Shown here piece by piece: positions 63,001 to 64,000 of a stretch of DNA of 64,000 bases. The position numbers and the translations under genes are program-made. Under the pieces are notes generated by a model. It saw only the letters and a program-made list of their open reading frames with translations, was not told the DNA's origin and made no database searches. Source of the DNA: Thalia democratica (taxonomy: Eukaryota); contig OZ241829.1 of NCBI GenBank assembly GCA_965202585.1, forward strand, positions 18,228,001 through 18,292,000, in the 5' to 3' direction. Position 1 is the stretch's first letter. Each line of letters begins with the position of its first letter.

Positions 63001-63937
63001 TATTATAAAATAAGCTCAAATAACTGCTTCCATTAGATTAGTTTTTCATAAATATTTGGTAAACTATGTATGATTATTTATAATCATCAAAAGCTGTTAT
63101 TTTAAACAGTTTTTGTCTTTTTTAAAACTTCTTACTTCAATATTTTGGAAATAGTTACGATGCATTGTGACAATATAGTCGGTACGGAGAAACATAAACT
63201 AACTAAAATGCAGAAACCTATAAAACCTAAAATTTTTGTTTTTAGCTTTTTTAAGATATTAACTTTTTGACACAAAAACAAAATAGAGCTAACTTTAAAT
63301 ATTTTTCACATGCCATATGACGATATCACGCTTCGCATTAGTTGCATACTTTTAATCATCCTTCAAAGCGACTTTAATAAAACGGTTGAAAGTCTTAATA
63401 TAGAAATTTTTTTTTTTTTTTAAATAACTATACTTTTTGTAAAAAGTTAGTATTATAAAAATTTTAGTTTATTTTAAGTCTAACAACCTCTGTAAAATAA
63501 CTATTAATCTAAATAGAATATTCTCTTCCCGTTAGTTTATAATGCTAGTCTAATCAACACGTAAAAAAACAATTCATTTTAAGTTATACACTACCTACTT
63601 ACTCTATTGCCTATTGAGAAACTTGTTGTTTTTACGTAATAAAAGTTTTGTTACTATTTTATAACTTTTGTTACGTTTTGCTTAACTTTGTGTTTTAAAA
63701 TTTACAAATTTTTTTCTAAAATATCTAGTGTTTTTGTAGATTGTGGCCCATCACCAACAATACCAAATGCAGAAAAAACTATTAACTTAGAGTATCAAGT
63801 TAATTCAGAAACAATTGAGCAAAGAGTTACTTACACTTGCAGAAATTCGTACTTTTTGGTGCCAGAGTCTGTGAGCACAACTTACAACTGTGTAAATGGT
63901 GGAGACTGGGAGAAGAATGAATTTGAATGTTTAAAAA
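27004..63937 (+). CDS. Giant multi-exon CCP/Sushi-repeat protein (42 CCP domains + ILEI/PANDER-like domain); 3' end beyond window
   Basis: 45 exons traced by hand from 27284 to 63937, all with AG/GT boundaries, compatible phases and no in-frame stop (8832 nt, about 2944 codons). CCP exons show the four-Cys pattern C-x-x-P...Y/F-x-C...C...W...C. Confidence 0.93.
27284..27475 (+). CDS. CCP exon 1
   Basis: tag|..CSEPPKLKNG..YDCNQGY..C..WNKGYPPVC..|gtgag, phase 1-1. Confidence 0.9.
28324..28518 (+). CDS. CCP exon 2
   Basis: cag|..CQQPPEG..YMCDGGF..C..WSEFDFEC..|gtaag. Confidence 0.9.
29205..29408 (+). CDS. CCP exon 3
   Basis: CPTLQKVQDG..YACDEGY..YNNTNVPIC, phase 1-1. Confidence 0.9.
29598..29798 (+). 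CDS. CCP exon 4
   Basis: CISPPEG..YACSNAS..WDHDFAPTC, phase 1-1. Confidence 0.9.
30335..30541 (+). CDS. CCP exon 5
   Basis: CENPPFVEN..YSCKPGY..WSLNDPIFC, phase 1-1. Confidence 0.9.
30858..31046 (+). CDS. CCP exon 6
   Basis: CDDIPTVE..YVCKDNY..WYPVIEC, phase 1-1. Confidence 0.9.
31157..31357 (+). CDS. CCP exon 7
   Basis: CGPSPNIQN..YICREPY..WTYKEISC, phase 1-1. Confidence 0.9.
31414..31611 (+). CDS. CCP exon 8
   Basis: CTEIVPTG..FSCVENY..WSISTPFC; preceded by a 56-nt intron. Confidence 0.9.
31932..32153 (+). CDS. CCP exon 9
   Basis: CGTPKPIENG..YSCNEGF..FEPSYPVC, phase 1-1. Confidence 0.9.
32551..32748 (+). CDS. CCP exon 10
   Basis: CPSPPEG..YTCVEGY..WSHETGPKC, phase 1-1. Confidence 0.9.
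32957..33148 (+). CDS. CCP exon 11
   Basis: CPRFNMTTG..MSCEEGY..WNSTFPTC, phase 1-1. Confidence 0.9.
33311..33514 (+). CDS. CCP exon 12
   Basis: CPALDEIPDG..FVCDEGF..YNNSVVPIC, phase 1-1. Confidence 0.9.
33781..33981 (+). CDS. CCP exon 13
   Basis: CDVLPKNN..YACTSAA..WDVDRAPRC, phase 1-1. Confidence 0.9.
34263..34466 (+). CDS. CCP exon 14
   Basis: CDQPPLIEN..FECIEGY..WTPKELPTC, phase 1-1. Confidence 0.9.
34681..34881 (+). CDS. CCP exon 15
   Basis: CGVIRNYD..YWCNEGY..WDPPIQC, phase 1-1. Confidence 0.9.
35049..35249 (+). CDS. CCP exon 16
   Basis: CGRSPNVPN..YTCIEPF..WVGDEFNC, phase 1-1. Confidence 0.9.
35735..35976. mobile_element. hAT-type MITE in intron 16
   Basis: CAGGGTTTCCCAAA...TTTGAAAAACCCTG; perfect 8-bp TSD CTATAGAC. 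Confidence 0.9.
36257..36445 (+). CDS. CCP exon 17
   Basis: CKEIEATE..FSCNENY..WNVTANSC; the LTR element starts 33 nt after the exon end. Confidence 0.9.
36479..36974 (-). repeat. 3' LTR
   Basis: Differs from 42435-42930 at 4 positions (36514, 36522, 36653, 36663); TATA-like run near 36900 and AATAAA near 36830 on the - strand. Confidence 0.95.
37651..38463 (-). CDS. env: Env-like membrane glycoprotein, rhabdovirus G-like, 270 aa
   Basis: Signal peptide MESKMKIIHFLLLLVSLLCVKA, Cys-rich ectodomain with N-x-S/T sites, TM WKFLVVFASGWFITTVIFIASTT, basic tail. Confidence 0.8.
   Translation of the reverse strand: MESKMKIIHFLLLLVSLLCVKAELKVKNIVLPICTANETNLLLRKIPEDKNSKRNPIEFGLKTPKAHGEVIALACCLETSVHKCSKFFFGQKECVRLQTFRTTVDTESCKRAASFKRSKEGNLVAVSNSTFATTNRFKPTFRWLVTLKIKTVNFQLAYFKIVKNSTMKKHFQPSFEELSCHNKSCLASKWRFACLLNTLEREKTLEIADTSFFHEDHDVDKTLLTFTTIQWKFLVVFASGWFITTVIFIASTTRFVLMRSGKKKDLAAEL
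40358..40999 (-). pseudogene. ORF2 in the pol position (213 codons), no PR/RT/RH/IN core motifs
   Basis: The -1 frame is open from the slippery site to 40358; it ends with KNIRHLKRY, reminiscent of an integrase C-terminal tail. Confidence 0.55.
40950..40999 (-). promoter_or_regulatory. Putative -1 ribosomal frameshift signal
   Basis: In-frame A_AAA_AAC (40999-40993), 5-nt spacer, then CCCCUCCUCCC / GGGAGGAGAGGGG stem. Confidence 0.7.
40969..41466 (-). CDS. gag: Gag-like ORF, N/Q/G/P-rich C-terminal part (+1 frame relative to 41333-42358)
   Basis: NDQQNDYNNQNARY..QGPQFNQG..; overlaps the preceding ORF and ends just after the slippery site. Confidence 0.55.
   Translation of the reverse strand: MSKDRRIFIKRNKIIIKIRMYSNLRVALIDIIKVIKLNDQQNDYNNQNARYDSNINYQNVANNNMGFGNVQPNHMQYQNVMPPNGQVFNQNPVQVNNRYNNSGYTNGPSNFQGQGPQFNQGFHNQGPPFNNQTNLPSQGHPPNNQNFHNRQGSFNPKNGHPSSRQ
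41333..42358 (-). CDS. gag: Gag-like ORF, N-terminal part (no upstream ATG; GTG called)
   Basis: First ORF after the PBS; helical core ELELFESRC..DSDREKLELLIHIW..; basic/polar tail. Confidence 0.7.
   Translation of the reverse strand: MQAINEASAHPERIYCEPGTIANNEASSYPQNSHDLYTASVDNSHSSIYQRNAAEIVQVSPHLSNRQDDIENLSLSELELRIKTIKENRRTNALRNKLRALMTESLSDNNNVYNLENGARCFETEQDRLRRKIIENAKLFRQLRNISEPRAELELFESRCKSFHIDSDREKLELLIHIWPRDDIIDFRETNSKCHFNYPNLKTYLIGKKSSLPHILRFKQSTLGQASFQSDKCLAEKLSKADKESMIKYFMSAICPIELKKKVEEAFTLKLEDFLVKIEQIYSGSHSEILEKAQEFRYEQRSQNFHKKKQNNNKNSHVQQSSRRPYRHNQSNQVERSTKRL
42410..42433 (-). other. Primer binding site TGGCGTCCTCCTCGGG...
   Basis: Starts 1 nt after the 5' LTR; complementary to a tRNA ending ..GAGGACG-CCA. 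Confidence 0.8.
42435..42930 (-). repeat. 5' LTR
   Basis: Direct repeat of 36479-36974, followed on the - strand by the PBS. Confidence 0.95.
43204..43410 (+). CDS. CCP exon 18
   Basis: CGAPDNIEDG..YICTEGF..FRPRPVC, phase 1-1. Confidence 0.9.
43685..43882 (+). CDS. CCP exon 19
   Basis: CPSPPEG..YTCVEGY..WSHKSAPEC; near-identical to exon 10. Confidence 0.9.
44189..44395 (+). CDS. CCP exon 20
   Basis: CSVIPLVNN..YVCLRGH..WSFTRLPQC, phase 1-1. Confidence 0.9.
44918..45088 (+). CDS. CCP exon 21
   Basis: CDKIPSVEN..HKCFENF..WRPTMEC, phase 1-1. Confidence 0.88.
45221..45500. mobile_element. MITE with TTAA target duplication (Kolobok-like termini)
   Basis: ttaa|AGGGCCATAACTCAAAAAGTA ... TACTTTTATGAGTTATGGCCTCC|ttaa. 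Confidence 0.7.
45668..45871 (+). CDS. CCP exon 22
   Basis: CGSSPTFPQ..YFCEEDR..WDIASIHC, phase 1-1. Confidence 0.9.
46231..46428 (+). CDS. CCP exon 23
   Basis: CPKVETSS..FTCPAGY..WNSTLPTC, phase 1-1. Confidence 0.9.
46529..46732 (+). CDS. CCP exon 24
   Basis: CSKLEAIPNG..YICNDGY..YDNIITPLC, phase 1-1. Confidence 0.9.
47084..47281 (+). CDS. CCP exon 25
   Basis: CPSPLEEE..YKCKPSH..WDFQNAPRC, phase 1-1. Confidence 0.9.
48225..48428 (+). CDS. CCP exon 26
   Basis: CEVPPYVPD..YHCNPDY..WTPKKLISC, phase 1-1. Confidence 0.9.
48589..48777 (+). CDS. CCP exon 27
   Basis: CNTIPTITN..YKCIENF..WTPTFQC, phase 1-1. Confidence 0.9.
48951..49148 (+). CDS. CCP exon 28
   Basis: CGPSPDIPN..YTCIHPY..WVYNDFKC, phase 1-1. 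Confidence 0.9.
49528..49728 (+). CDS. CCP exon 29
   Basis: CQKIKLSD..FSCEDNF..WNVTAPYC, phase 1-1. Confidence 0.9.
49888..50097 (+). CDS. CCP exon 30
   Basis: CGYPKNITNG..YYCNNGH..FNPPKC, phase 1-1. Confidence 0.9.
50343..50528 (+). CDS. CCP exon 31
   Basis: CGPPPKKDN..YYCVNGY..WQGVVGNC, phase 1-1. Confidence 0.9.
50887..51099 (+). CDS. CCP exon 32
   Basis: CIEVPSVTN..YTCGNNL..WKSVPTTAVPMC, phase 1-1. Confidence 0.9.
51586..51789 (+). CDS. CCP exon 33
   Basis: CHKPDNIPYG..YACTDGY..YNKTREPIC, phase 1-1. Confidence 0.9.
52606..52803 (+). CDS. CCP exon 34
   Basis: CPSPPTGD..YKCASTH..WDFQNAPKC, phase 1-1. Confidence 0.9.
52910..53113 (+). CDS. CCP exon 35
   Basis: CRELDDILNG..YTCNDGY..YNNTKEPLC, phase 1-1. 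Confidence 0.9.
53387..54611. mobile_element. Degenerate hAT-like non-autonomous element in intron 35
   Basis: CAGGGTGCGCA...TGCGCACACAAACCCTA termini; subterminal ATCAGGCT repeats at both ends; imperfect flanks. Confidence 0.45.
55097..55294 (+). CDS. CCP exon 36
   Basis: CELPPVGD..YKCAPSH..WDFQNAPKC, phase 1-1. Confidence 0.9.
55411..55614 (+). CDS. CCP exon 37
   Basis: CEVPPYMLN..YSCNTNY..WEPKELISC, phase 1-1. Confidence 0.9.
55773..55961 (+). CDS. CCP exon 38
   Basis: CDDIPTVKN..YTCNADF..WTSIFQC, phase 1-1. Confidence 0.9.
56226..56417 (+). CDS. CCP exon 39
   Basis: CPYPPTDG..YSCDAHH..WDRSIPPAC, phase 1-1. Confidence 0.9.
56741..59667 (-). mobile_element. Non-autonomous LTR-like element with truncated left repeat
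   Basis: Direct repeat 56741-57109 / about 59298-59667. Candidate full LTR 58681-59667 (TG..CA) with PBS TGGCGTCCTC 4 nt inside; no internal ORF. Confidence 0.6.
59229..59402. repeat. Compound minisatellite of 26- and 14-nt modules (GCAGGTG..CATGTTG..)
   Basis: Directly visible; partial copy at 56741-56845. Confidence 0.9.
59714..59898 (+). CDS. ILEI/PANDER (GG)-like domain, exon a
   Basis: cag|..TFHVYALSAGSG..SERGTGVAIINPLTDTVQYNRFDTMLDEII|gtgggt (phase 1-0). RG-x-x-VA-x-I-N..FDT resembles the ILEI/GG motif. Confidence 0.75.
60165..60333 (+). CDS. ILEI/PANDER (GG)-like domain, exon b
   Basis: cag|VERMAAFIEDNSIYGDVIVMAVRGAQNL..SLETL g|gttat (phase 0-1); phases fit both neighbours. Confidence 0.75.
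60970..61095 (+). CDS. ILEI/PANDER (GG)-like domain, exon c
   Basis: tag|..PHHSWVVVTGRFPEHAPVPSWAEC..TFSFD g|gtgag (phase 1-1). Confidence 0.7.
61504..61686 (+). CDS. CCP exon 40
   Basis: CENPPPVLYNG..FACNTDA..WKHAVGC, phase 1-1. Confidence 0.88.
61822..62016 (+). CDS. CCP exon 41
   Basis: CADPPKGQN..YRCINGL..WPHTEAPTC, phase 1-1. Confidence 0.9.
63740..63937 (+). CDS. CCP exon 42
   Basis: CGPSPTIPN..YTCRNSY..WEKNEFEC, phase 1-1; gene continues. Confidence 0.88.
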
Positions 63938-64000
63938 GTCGGTCAAATTGTTTGTTTCATATAAAACATTACTTTTTCTTTAATGTTGTTGTTAATCAAA

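Noticed and set aside
62017-63739. Hidden CCP exon in the long intron before exon 42
   Set aside because: No four-Cys frame with AG/GT boundaries found by eye.

Overview
Very AT-rich eukaryotic (invertebrate-like) DNA with GT-AG introns; the organism cannot be fixed from sequence. (1) A giant + strand gene from about 27.0 kb runs past the window end. I traced 42 phase-1/phase-1 exons that each encode one CCP/Sushi domain, plus a three-exon ILEI/PANDER (GG)-like domain; together about 2,940 codons without a stop. The CCPs are organised in 9-domain higher-order repeats. (2) The first 29 kb is a large inverted duplication (arms 1-11062 and about 18169-29153) that puts a second copy of the gene head-to-head on the - strand. 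Its inner breakpoint lies in the terminal array of a Foldback/Mutator-like element. (3) A young 6.45-kb LTR retroelement sits antisense in an intron (496-bp LTRs with 4 differences, 4-bp TSD). It has gag, a -1 frameshift signal, no recognisable pol enzymes, and an env-like ORF resembling rhabdovirus G (class III fusogen). (4) Also present: a second non-autonomous LTR-like element sharing the PBS core, CR1/L2-like LINE fragments, hAT and TTAA-target MITEs, and minisatellites. No rRNA, tRNA genes or CRISPR arrays were seen. All alignments were done by eye.
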